Source: Trichoplax adhaerens
Taxonomy: Eukaryota; Animalia; Placozoa
Assembly (NCBI RefSeq): GCF_000150275.1
Contig: NW_002060977.1
Location: 67,235 to 131,234 of the forward strand
Direction: 5' to 3'
DNA: 64,000 bases
Shown here: positions 26,201-38,417 of the stretch, piece after piece
How positions within the stretch are numbered: the first letter of the stretch is position 1
Layout of the letters: each line of letters begins with the position of its first letter
Program-made: the position numbers and the translations under genes
The notes under the pieces: generated by a model
What the model was told of the DNA's origin: nothing
The model's input: the letters and a program-made list of their open reading frames with translations, nothing else
Databases searched by the model: none

Positions 26201-29200
26201 TGTAAAGAGGTATCCGTATAATTTTTAGGGAGGAGCTCAAAGTTCAACGGCCGTAGCGCATTGTGGATTCCCTGAAATCGCCTTTTCAAGATATGCGGAA
26301 ACTCTTGCTCAAAGAGGCTATAGGTTCATAAACGAAATAATGTGTAATTTTATAACTATTGATTTGAAGCTGTTATTCTCAATCTCGTATATATGTGCTT
26401 AAATAAATATTTCTAACGATAGAGTTGTTCGAGTGGAGCAAACCGAAACACCACAGATGATGGAAGAAAGAGTTAAAAGCTGTAAGGAACAACACATTTT
26501 ACAGTTTATAATAAATTCCAATACAAAATGAATCGTTTACAAATGAAGTGATCTTTCTTAGGTTATTTCATTATTATTATTATTCTATAGTAGCTACTCG
26601 CCCAACAAAGTTTGATAAGGTTGTCAACCGAGAAGTTTGTGGTAGAATTACAAAAGGTAGATAAATAGCTTGTTAACTGTTTTCGTAGTGATGCACATGA
26701 TTCATTAAATGATGTGTTAATTAGCTACCCGAACATTCAGTGTTCAAAATTATGAAGATCCAAATTCTGAAAATGCATTTCTTTTGGCTATCATAGAAAG
26801 AGTAAGTTTAAAACCAGTCGATGTTTAGTGATTGGCAATTATTGCTACTTCTGGATTTATCCAGCACTTAAAAAATTATTTAACTTGATAAAATTCTACA
26901 AAATGGAACTAGGAAAGAGATGATCTTGCAGTCGGTCACAGCTTACTCGGTGTTTGCTTCCTTGACACAACTATTGGAAAATTTCACGTATGTAAACATC
27001 TGGAATGCTAAATTCATAAAAACTAAGATTTTTAACAAAGCTGTTGTAACAACTTATGTGTCCTATAGCTTGGTCAGTTTACTGATGATCGACAGTGTTC
27101 TCGATTACGGACCTTAGTAACGCACTTTCAACCGGTTCAGGTAAATTTAAATGACAATATATGCATATAATGTATATTCTATTTAGAATCGTACTCTAAT
27201 AAATAAACAATTATGGGTACAACAGATATTGTATGAACGTGGAAAAGTCTCTAGTAAATTACAGCATATATTCCAGCACGATTTGCTATCCGCAATGAAG
27301 GATGCCCTTGCTCCTGGTAAAGTAAAAATAATAACCAAATGTTTGAGGTTGAAAGCGATACGATAGCAGCTAATTTAGTTTTTAATCGTGTCGTTCTTGT
27401 TATCGAACAGGATCCGAATTTTGGGATAGTAACAACACTTTAAAAATTTTATCAGAAAAGAGCTATTTTACTAAAGATGGAAACGAGGCTGATGATGCTT
27501 CGTTGGATACCTGGCCAGAAACCTTACGAAATTTTGTTGAAGGTATGATAGTTCTTACTATTTCACGTTATGGTGACTAATATTTTAAAATTTTTGCTAC
27601 TAATTCATTATTGTTATTGCTACAGGAGACGGATTTGGTATTACTGCTAAGGAAGATTACGATCTCACTGTCAGTGCTTTGGGTGCCTCCATCTGGTATG
27701 AGAATTTTGAAGTGTGATGTCCATCATTATGGTAATTAAATTTCGTAGTAAATTTAAGCCTTTACTTCATTAGGTATCTTACGAAATGCTTCTTGGATTA
27801 TGATTTGATGTCTTTGAAAAATTTTGAGGTGAATTTTCTCAATTTATTGCATATTGTTTGCAATTTGTTCTTCAACTTTAAGGCTGTAATTAAAAGTATT
27901 ACGCGAGTCTTGATGAGAAATTTGCTATTTTTAAATAGGAGTACGTCCCGCCTGATGCTCCATCGCCAGATCGTCTTGTAGCTGGAAATATTCTAAAGCA
28001 TAAACATATGGTTAAAATTTATTTTTACGATTAGTAATATTGTGATCAATTTTTGAAATTATATATTATTGTCCTTTAGATTCTAGATGCAGTTACTCTC
28101 ATAAATTTAGATATTTTACCGACAGCGAGTGACTCTGGTCTTCGTGGTACTTTGCTGGAAAAGCTTGATTATTGCGTTACACCTACGGGTAGATGAAATA
28201 ATAGCATGTTGTACTTATCCATTCTTGACATGGCAAAAGTTAAAATGGTAAAATACAAATTTTACCTTTTATTAGGCAAACGATTATTCAAGCACTGGCT
28301 TTGTACACCGTTGTGCGATCCGGTTTTAATCAATGACAGGTTCAGATTTTTGAATTGTCCATTATTCTTTATGTACAATTTGTGTCTAAATGAAGCCTTT
28401 GACTCTTGTGCTTTCAATTTATGGATGTATAGGCTTGATTCTGTAGAAGACTTGATGGCTATGTCTTCGGCAGTATCTGACTGTTTAAATACCCTGCGAA
28501 AAATCCCTGATCTCGAAAAATTAATTAACAAGTACTGTACATAGTTCTTCCGTTGTTTATTAATTTTAGTATAAGTTGCAAATACTGTACACGATGACTC
28601 CTTAGTAACGAAGCTATGATTCTTTTGATGACAGAATACATAGCCTTGGTTCCTCCCGAAGAAGTAATCACCCTGATAACAAAGCTATCTTTTTTGAAGA
28701 TACCGCGTATAGGTTTGTGAAATGTTATCTTTATTTATTGTTTTCGTAGTACTTGTTCGCGTCCCTAGGGCACTAATGAGACACTTAATGTTCTCTCGAA
28801 CTCTAGTAAAAGAAAAATTTTGGAATTCATATCTGTAATTAATGGTTTTAAAACCCTATTACAAAGCATTGAATCTTTACAAACCAACCGAGATAAGATG
28901 AAGTAAAGCTCTTGAATTATTGCACTTACATCGAAAATGTTAATATTTAGGCAATGTAACTAGAACACTACTTTCAGATCTAGGCTGCTATTGCAAATTA
29001 TCACTTATACCGGCGAGAATTTTAGCGGCATTAAGGGAAAGTTTCCTCAATTGTTGGAGTATATACAATTCTTTCAGGTATTGTTTGTAAATGTTACTGT
29101 AGTGAACAGTCACCGTTTTAAGTAACGTGATCAATTATAAAATGTTGGCGTATTTATTTAGAAAGCATTTGATCATGAGCAAGCAAAAAAGGATGGTAAA

Positions 29201-31593
29201 ATAATACCTAAACCGGGTACGATACTAAGTGTCCAAAAATCATGACATCTAAAAGTTTGATATCTGCTCTGAATTAACAACGTAGTAAATTAGTCTGCCA
29301 CCATCGGAGACGGAAATGGTTGCAATAACTGTACAAGTCATTTTTTCTTCGTATCAGATAGTAAAACTTTTTTAAACAGCGAATGTGGAATGCACTTATT
29401 AAATTTCAATACACAGGTGCTGATCCTGAGTACGATGATGCCATTCAGTCCATAGCAGAAATTAAGCAAGAACTTGAACATTACCTTGATTCACAAAAAA
29501 AGAGATTAAATTGTCGTGTAAGTATAATGTTGTTAACTTTCGTAGAGATAACGTATGTAGATGTATTCAATTAACTTTTGATTTGGGCTGATATGAAACG
29601 ATATGCAGAACATTCGATACTGGGGACAAGGGCGCAACCGATATCAGATAGAGGTGCCTGAATCAGTGCTATCACGATATACACCAAACGACTATGAATT
29701 GAGATCTCGCAAAAAGGGTTTCAAGCGATTTTGGACCGGCGATATATTGAATTTAATAGAAAGCCTAACGAACGCTGAAGAAAGGCGAGACGCAGCTTTG
29801 AAAGATGCGATGCGAAGGATTTTTCTGAAGTTTGACGAGTAGTATGTTGATATAAAGTTTTAGACTTGTAATTTTGCTGTAATCAAGCAGTGTTGTTTTT
29901 GAATGCGTAAGTATCAAACTTATTTTTAAAATTCATGATTTAGCTATGAAAATTGGAACGTGGCGATACAATGCGTAGCCGTGTTGGATGCGTTATGTAG
30001 TCTGGCATCTTACAGGTTAGATAGACGTAATACAGTATGCCAGATAATAACTGTTTTAATACCAAAGTAAGTTAACTTAAATGTAACGTTGCAGTTCTAG
30101 CATTGAAAGCGAGAGTTGCCGACCAAAAGTTGCATTCGCCGGCAATAACGATGAGGTATGTTCTAAACTGGGCATAATCCCATTTTGATGACATGTGCTA
30201 TAATGTTTCAATTATCATTCCTTTAGCCATACGTAGAAATTCGAAATGGTAGGCATCCTTGCATCTCGCAAACTTTCAGTGGTGGTGATTTTATCCCCAA
30301 CGATACTATCATTGGAATTAAGGATGTCAGTAATCACTCTATTCATGCTAATTTCAACTGGATATTAATCTCTATTAACTCTACTGACGATAAGATTTGT
30401 GATACTATAGTCGAATAATTGCAACGAAACTGGTAATAGTGTCCTGGTAACCGGACCAAACATGGGTGGTAAATCAACGTTGATGAGGCAGGTGGGCCTG
30501 CTGGCAATTATGGCACAGCTTGTAAGTACAGTACATACTATGTCCTCATTCTGATTTTACGGATGTTTTTGCATGGATTGCTAAGCTTATTTAGATTTTA
30601 ATTTGTACTATCTGCTTATACTCAGGGTTGCTATGTCCCAGCCACTTCCTGCTGTCTATCTCCAGTTGATCGATTATTTACAAGACTAGGAGCATCAGAT
30701 AGGATCATGTCAGGAGAGAGTACATTTTTTGTCGAGCTAAGCGAAACTACAACAATTTTACGACATGCAACGAAGCACTCTCTTGTTCTCCTAGATGAGC
30801 TAGGTTTGTTTATACTTCATAATCGGAATAATCATTTAGGAACATTTCTTAAAAATCTTGAATGAATCCTGTATTTATAATTCGTTCATTATGCGATAAA
30901 TAGGACGTGGAACCGCAACTTACGATGGCACTGCTATTGCCGGTGCGGTCGTTAGTCATCTTGCGCATGAAATTAAGTGTCGCACGCTATTTTCAACGCA
31001 TTATCACTCGTTAGTAGAAGATTTTGTATCCGATCCCAACGTTCGCCTTGGTCACATGGTAAAATTATTTCTTTTTAAGTCATTTTGTATATACTTATAC
31101 ATGCAGACCTCACTAAAGACGATTGACTTTAATTTTATCGGTCTTGTTACATTCAGGCGTGTATGGTGGAAAACGAAGATGATGATGATCCTAGTAAGGA
31201 GACTATTACCTTCCTATATAAATTTGTTGCTGGAGCCTGCCCTAAAAGTTATGGATTTAATGCTGCTCGCTTAGCAGGCTTGCCTGACAACGTAAGTTTG
31301 AAAATGTAAAGAATTACAGGAATAACCTTTGTGTTTTTTATAAATGAATTCTACGTTATAATCGAATTAGGTAATAGTTAAGGCAAAAAGAAAAGCAAAA
31401 GAATTCGAGAGTAGTGCTAAGAAATTGCATTTGTTCAGGTAAGCTAACAAGAAATCGTATAGAGTTGTTTTATGAGCGAAGATGATATATGTCCTAATAT
31501 ATGTTCTCTGTTAGATCTATCTATAATTTGGCTTCTGATTCATCCAGTGTTAAGGAACTTGTCAAATTGTGCCAGAATATGCATCTAAAGTGA
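23267..31593 (+). CDS. MSH6: DNA mismatch repair protein MSH6 (multi-exon)
   Basis: N-terminal PIP-like NTLLSYF, PWWP domain ([13 protein letters not shown]...[13 protein letters not shown]), mismatch-binding [18 protein letters not shown], Walker [46 protein letters not shown]; stop TGA at 31591-31593. Alternative ATG at 23291. Confidence 0.96.
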
Positions 31594-32078
31594 TACTGCT
31601 GATACGTTATCAGCTCATATTTTGTCAGTAACGATGCAAAATTTTACAAATTACTTATACTTGTACTTTAAAGCAATATACCTGTTGTGATTTTATCACT
31701 AAAATTATAAACTATATAGCTTATATCCTCTTATAAACGTTATGCACTTTATGGTTAATAAGAAATTGCAAAAAGAATATTTTAGGAATGAAAAATGTTC
31801 TGTAATGGTTAATTCCGCACGATGAGATAGACGTATATATAGTATATCCAAATAGGATAAATTGTTGATTTATTTCCGAAATACCAATGAAACATGATTC
31901 CAGCATTTTTTTGATCATTTGAATAGTAAAATCTTTAACTGATATTAGACGTACCAGTCAAGTCTATCGAAACTTGTAAACGTCTGTATATTGAACGATA
32001 ACTAAATAAATGCATTAATTTGGATGGCATCCAATACTATTTATATATGACGTTATTCTCCGGCTTTTTGTCCAGTAC

Positions 32079-35000
32079 CTATTTCTTAGACTCTTGACCT
32101 TCAAAAAGGTGGTACTTAGTAATTGTTTCTTTCCATGTTGTGAGTCCTTTAACCAAGTCTGAGACTACCTTTGGCGCAATATCCGCCTATCAATTAGGAT
32201 ATACAAGCAATTATAATCTTACTTTATTGCCCAATAGATTAATCAGCATTTAAACTACAAAATGTTGTTGATTACGTTTAATCTGATCTGCTGCATGGTA
32301 TTTCGTTCGCGAAGTGTTACAGTGGCTGGATTATTGGTGACAGTATCGAAGTCAACTGTAATACCATAGGGGATGCCAATTTGATCTGTTCGTGCATATC
32401 GTCTACCAATAGAGCCAGCAGAGTCATCAACCTTGTTTGAAATTCCGTGCAATTTTAATTCACTAGCTACATGCAATAAAATTCGACAATAAGTTAGCGG
32501 ATAACGTAATGCCTTTATGAACTTTTGTAACCAAAATTGAAATTTATAGATCCTATACTGAGTACCTAGCTGCTTTATGTAAGGATCAAATTCTTTCTTA
32601 GCACTAAGTGGAAGAACACTACATTTTACTGGAGCTACGGGAGGAGGCAAAGACAGCCACTAGAATATGAAATAGAAATACAGTGTAGAATGTAGATAAT
32701 CTCAACAAAAATCTATTTGTTGGCACTTATATTTATAAGAAACTAGTAAAATATTTAGCAACAAATAATATATTGTACAGGACTAAAATTACGCGGCGCT
32801 TTTATAATTCTTTAATATACCGATCTTTGCTCATCTCCTTCTCGTATTCGAAAATTATGTTCTAGAATTGAATATAGGATACGCCCAAATCCAAACGAAG
32901 GTTCGATCACAGATGGTGTAATATCCACCACTATATACGCGCATACGTGCAAGAATACAAACGATCTAAGAGAATGAACGTTTTCAACGACAATTGTAGC
33001 AACTAACCATGAATTTCTTTCTCATAACGTTTAACTGCTATCATATCTTCGCTTATTGTTAACTTCTTCGAATCGATATCTACTTCAATTTGGCTGCAAG
33101 AAATTTTTAGAAATTTTAAATTGCTATTTACATGGCATATTAACATAATGAATGTAATCAATTTAACTTTACCTTGTATCCTTTAGCATTTTATCATATT
33201 TTTCAGCTGTATCATTGTCTAGATTACTGAAATATTGCATAATTTTCTTAGCATCGCCCTTAAACGCTTTACCTACTTTAGACTTGTTTAAGACAACTTC
33301 GACGACAGGAGTGATTTTGTAATTATTGTTAAGGTTAACTATTGAAATTCATCTTTAAATAGCAATTATTATAAACTGAATGATATTCATTAATTGTAAC
33401 GGATATTGGCTCTTTCAGAGTTTCCCTAGCGCATAGACTAGCACCTGTAGCCTTAACATGACATTTTAAGTCATAGCATGAACGATTAGCACATCCAACA
33501 CATTCTACCCACCCCTAAACAACAAAAATTATATCATGTAAAGATCTATGGTTACAACCATATATAAAATTAAACTATCCAAGTACTAAGTACATTGTAT
33601 TGTAAAGTTATAATTATATAATTTACGTAGGAGGTTTTGCATTCAGCGTCCCAACAGTCTGTGGCGTAGTGAGCCATTTCATTATCCATATGTTGTCGAA
33701 ATCGTAAATATTTAGGATCTATGCCCATTTTTGTTAGATAAAGGCTTATACGTCCAAGAAAATATCCCATACACCGACTGCCAATAACACCCTACGGGAT
33801 AATTGATGTTATATTATCAACCCTTTTGTTCATATTATTACTTAGTGTTATTATGATTGAAATCCTTTAGTATTGTATATTTCTTATGATACACCTGTAC
33901 CTCATCCACAGCATTTTTAATGGACATTTTCCTAGTAGGCTTCCCACTAACTTGATGATCTTTGGGGAATAAAGTTACTTCAACATCAGCAACAGAGTCA
34001 AATTTGAAATGATCATTGTCATTGGGATGATAAAAGTATTCAATCTCTCCCAAGGTGAATTCTCTACGGGAAAAATTGTCCAATTGTTAAGCTAATATAT
34101 AGTCATTATTCCAGGGTAATTATCAAATTATAGCATATCATACCTAACTCTTAGAAGACCTGATCGCGGGGATACTTCATTTCGAAAAGCGGAACCAATT
34201 TGAGCGGCTGCAAAGGGTAATTTGCCTTGATTATACTCCAGTAAATAGTCAAAATTAACAAACATCCCTTGTGAAGTTTCAGGTCTCAAGTAGCTGTGAA
34301 GTAATTTTGTTGCTTAGTAATATAATAATGATTATAATTTGTAGCTTTTAGTGTCAATAAGAGGAATATACGTATCAAATCATTATAGTTATTTTTACCC
34401 GCTAACTCCACCACTAGGTCCAATTTCCGTCCGAAACATAAGGTTGAAAGGCATAGGATCGGAAACGTTATTGCCTGTTACTGGAGATTTTACCTCGAAT
34501 TTTTTTATTTGGTCTCCCAACTCCTGCAGACTTAAACTTTCTACCTACACAATTACGATGGCCAATTAATGAACTTGATTAAACGATTTTACCATTTCTG
34601 ATAACATATCGAATGAAAATGAAGCTAATCCTTTACTATATACTTGCGTAGAATACCTTGGTGCGCAAGTTGATAATTTCTTGCCTGCTATCGCCTTCTA
34701 GATTTTTATCTGCTAGCAGTTTTTCCAAATGAGCTACAACAGAAACATACGTAGTTTTGAATTTTGAATCATTATTACTTTTGAATAGGCAGTAATATCA
34801 CAATGAATCGCTACCGTCTAATAAGTGGTCTGCCCTAAGACATTCTCCGGTTTTGACATCTTTTACTACGTAGTCTAGAAAACGATCAAGATGGCCGGAA
34901 GCTCTGTAATTTTAAAAATGCAATATAACATTTTATGAGATATTATCATCCAAACACAGAATATGAATAATTTAATGTACTTGAAAACTGGTTCTGGCGC

Positions 35001-36706
35001 CAAACTACTGGATTCGATTTCCAGCATATCTTCTTCCAATACAAAATGCAATCGCCATTCCTGCAATAAATTATTTTTCATAGCACAACCAGTCGGTCCA
35101 AAATCATACAAGCCAGCTATGCCACCATATATAGAGAATGAAGGCCGATAGAAAAATCTTTGCTTCAATAATGTCTCTAATTGGCTACGATTGAATTCGT
35201 CAGGGGGATTCAAAGCTTTTTCCTAATTGTTGGACAGCAACATTTTCAAATTTGTATCGATATAATATATAATGCCAAAAAATGTCTATTCTATTTATGG
35301 AGTATTCTCTTATCATTGGAGTGAGAAAAAGTGCTGATGTGATTGTGATAAATGATGTTCATTTAGCTAACCTTATCTTCCAGTTGTTTTTTACGTCTTT
35401 TCAATTCAGCAACAGCTCGACTAATGTCCGCTTTGGGTGCTTGACTTTCCTTTAGTTCCCTTACTCTATCACCCTAATATTAAACGAAGAATAAAATCAA
35501 TTTATCATTGCATTGCTCAATGTGTAATAACCATGGCTACTGGCTAAGATTGCAGTAATGTAAGATAGCAATGGTATATATATAATCCGAAAAATGAAGA
35601 AATTTTCGATCACTGTCTATTACAACTACAACACGTATGATATTCCATCTGTACTATAATGTAATATTACTGCAATTATAATAATTTAACGCGAAAATAT
35701 GTGATACATGGTTAATTAAAGCACGCATGCTGCTACTTTAAAAACATTATTACCACATGAAGTTTTTAACGGAGATGTTTGCATCGTATCTCGTCGTCAC
35801 TCTGGTGTATCTACTGTACTAATTGCCGACCAACTGAAGTCCAAATACGTGTAGATAGGCTACTCTTTAATAAATTGATAATAACGAGTTATGCAAAATA
35901 TGATATGTCCTGTATTCTAGTGACGGAATATCTTTAAGTAGTACTAATGAATTAATTCAACTATGAATCGACATACGTCATTGCACATTAAATACTTTCA
36001 TTCAATCGTTTGCATGCTAAGATTATAACTGTAACACATTAATTTAGTGTATTAATGATAGACTGAATTTTCTGTTCTATTTCATATCGCTAAAAGATTA
36101 CAGTGACTGTCTGTTCAGGTTATATGAGGTATGCGGAATCTGCGAATATGGTATCCATGGATTGTAATCATACTCGAGTAAATGACAGTTTGTTACTGGT
36201 ATGGCTATGAGCAATCACATCATGACCAATGAATTAGTGTTAGCACAGTAGCCAAGAATCAACAATACCTTGCTTCAGGTTTACGAATACTGTACTGCTA
36301 TCGTAACGCAACACATTTAATTGATTTCAACTCATTTCATTCAATGGAAACAAACCTGTTCTTTGACAAGCAAGCGTAGAGGCGCAAGTTGCTGCTCTAT
36401 TTCAATCTCGCTAGCCATAGTGTGCAATTGAGACGATTTGAAGAAATTGAACGCGCAGGAAATTACGGATAAACGAACGAGCCAACTATCTCGATGTATC
36501 AATGAGTTAGAATAATCACGATCTCGTTGTTGAGACGAATTAGGGAGCCAACAATCTCGATAGATCGATGCGCTATAACAACGATTATGTTGTTGAGACA
36601 GGTAGACCAGCCAAGACTGAGATTGATAGTGGCGAATAGTATTGATAGCACGAGGCAAGGTGTTATTCTTAGCTGAGATGGAGAGAAATTTGGCTAGCGA
36701 CAGCAT
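32079..36706 (-). CDS. GARS: Glycyl-tRNA synthetase (cytosolic/mitochondrial), multi-exon
   Basis: WHEP domain ([11 protein letters not shown]|GDRVRELK), [85 protein letters not shown]; exon 1 spans 36356-36706; stop TAG ends at 32079. Confidence 0.96.
33319..33406 (-). other. U12-type (minor spliceosome) AT-AC intron in GARS
   Basis: Minus strand reads ...GAG CCA|ATATCCGT ... AACCTTAACAATAATTAC|AAA ATC. It has AT-AC ends and a CCTTAAC branch site about 10 nt from the 3' end; removal restores the frame (LKEP|KITPVV). Confidence 0.9.
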
Positions 36707-36790
36707 AAGAAGAGCAGGGCAGATTCCTGTTGTGAGGCACTGCTAGGTGCTGTAACTACGCAATAACGGATATTGCTGATGAAAAAGAGA

Positions 36791-37620
36791 CGAATGCAAT
36801 TGACTGTGCAGCCGATGCTCTCACTACAGTACGGCAAGGTTAGACATTTTTTAGTTGCGGCATGTCGTACAGTACAGTACGGTACTGTATGTGCAGAAAG
36901 TATTGTACACTGTACACTGTAAAGTACAGTGTACAGTATCATAGTACAATACTGCACACTGTAATCTACAGTGTATAGTACTGTACTTTGAACAGACCTC
37001 GGCAGAGACTCCTCAACCAACCAACTTGCACAAAATTCATCAACTAGCCGTATCCAACCCCCGTCCCATATCTTAGATAAGTAAAACATGTAACTAGTAC
37101 AGTACATACTGTGATTACAACAGAATGCAATTGACTGTGTACTGTGCAGCCGATCCTCTCACTACAGTACGGCACGGTTTAGACCTGACCACGGTTAGAC
37201 ATTTTTTAGTTGCGGCATGTCGTACAGTACAGTACCGTTTCGTTCAGAAAGTATCATGATATAATACTGTACGCTGTACACTACAGTACAGTACAGTGTA
37301 CAGTACTATACTTTAAACAGACCTCGGCAGAGACTCATCAACCAACCAATTTGCACAAAATTCATCTACTACCCATATCCAACTCCCGTCCCGTATCTTA
37401 GATACGTACAACATGTAACTACTACTGTGATTGCAACAGAATACAATTGACTGTGCAGCCGATCCTCTCACTACAGTACAGTACAGTATCATAATACTGT
37501 ACTGTACACTAGTGTACAGTGTACAGTGTACAGTACTATACAGTACTTTGAACATTCATCAACTACCCATATCCAACTCCAGTCCCGTATCTTAGATACG
37601 TAAAACATGTAACTTGTACT
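36791..37620. repeat. Tandem triplication of an approximately 320-330 bp TACAG-containing unit upstream of GARS
   Basis: gaat(g/a)caattgactgtg...cagccgat(g/c)ctctcactacagtac at about 36792, 37122 and 37439; ...tatcttagata.gta.aacatgtaact closes each copy; the third copy has internal deletions. Confidence 0.9.
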
Positions 37621-38270
37621 GAGCTTGGTAAATATTCTTCAATTCACTTTACGTCACTTTACTTCACGTCACGCCTTGATCAGTAGTTCACTGTAGTTGA
37701 TACTTGATAGTACTGTACAGTCACAGTGTACAGTATAACTTGATACTAACTCTTACACGTTAGTCAAATCCTGTAAAGTATTTCTAACATTCCATTTAGC
37801 ATATATGTTGCAAAATGAGCTGGGGTCAAATCAGTAAAATGCTCTTCAGGGTTGTAACAAACACTGCTTACGACTACTGGAAAAAGCCCTGACATCCTGC
37901 ACAGTACATACAACGCTTCTATGATTCTATTTGATCTGCAATGTCTAGTGCATCTTATAAAATGACCAGGTGTAAAATCAGTCAAATACTCTTACGCTCA
38001 CACCAGTTGCGACCAGGTGTTTGGAACACTGGTTAAACAGCTCCAGAAAAAAGTCCTCGTCTCCTCCTAGTAGTGCTGTTGAATAACCGTCCATTGTACA
38101 ATGTACAGTACAATAGTCTCATACTGTACACCGTAGGGGTAAATACTGTAGAAGCACTCAGGTCAAATCATGGATGTCAAGTCCAGCCGAGCTCTACTAG
38201 ATTCGATTCGATTCAAGACTCAAGCCTCATTAGTACTGTACTATACTGTACAGTACAGTACAGTAAGTTA

Positions 38271-38389
38271 CACTGAGCTTTCTTCCACTTGATCGGCGTT
38301 AGTACTATACGGTAACTACAGCTGCTTTCCAATTGATCGCCATTAGTACAACTTCCACTTGAGCTTTTTCCACTTTGATCGGCATTAGT
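38271..38389 (+). repeat. Three short imperfect direct repeats in the putative 5' UTR of SDR gene A
   Basis: ttcca(c/a)ttgatcg...ttagt occurs three times at about 42-bp spacing, directly after a TACAG array at 38232-38266. Confidence 0.7.
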
Positions 38390-38417
38390 TTCCAGAGTCA
38401 AAACGCAAATCGCAGAC

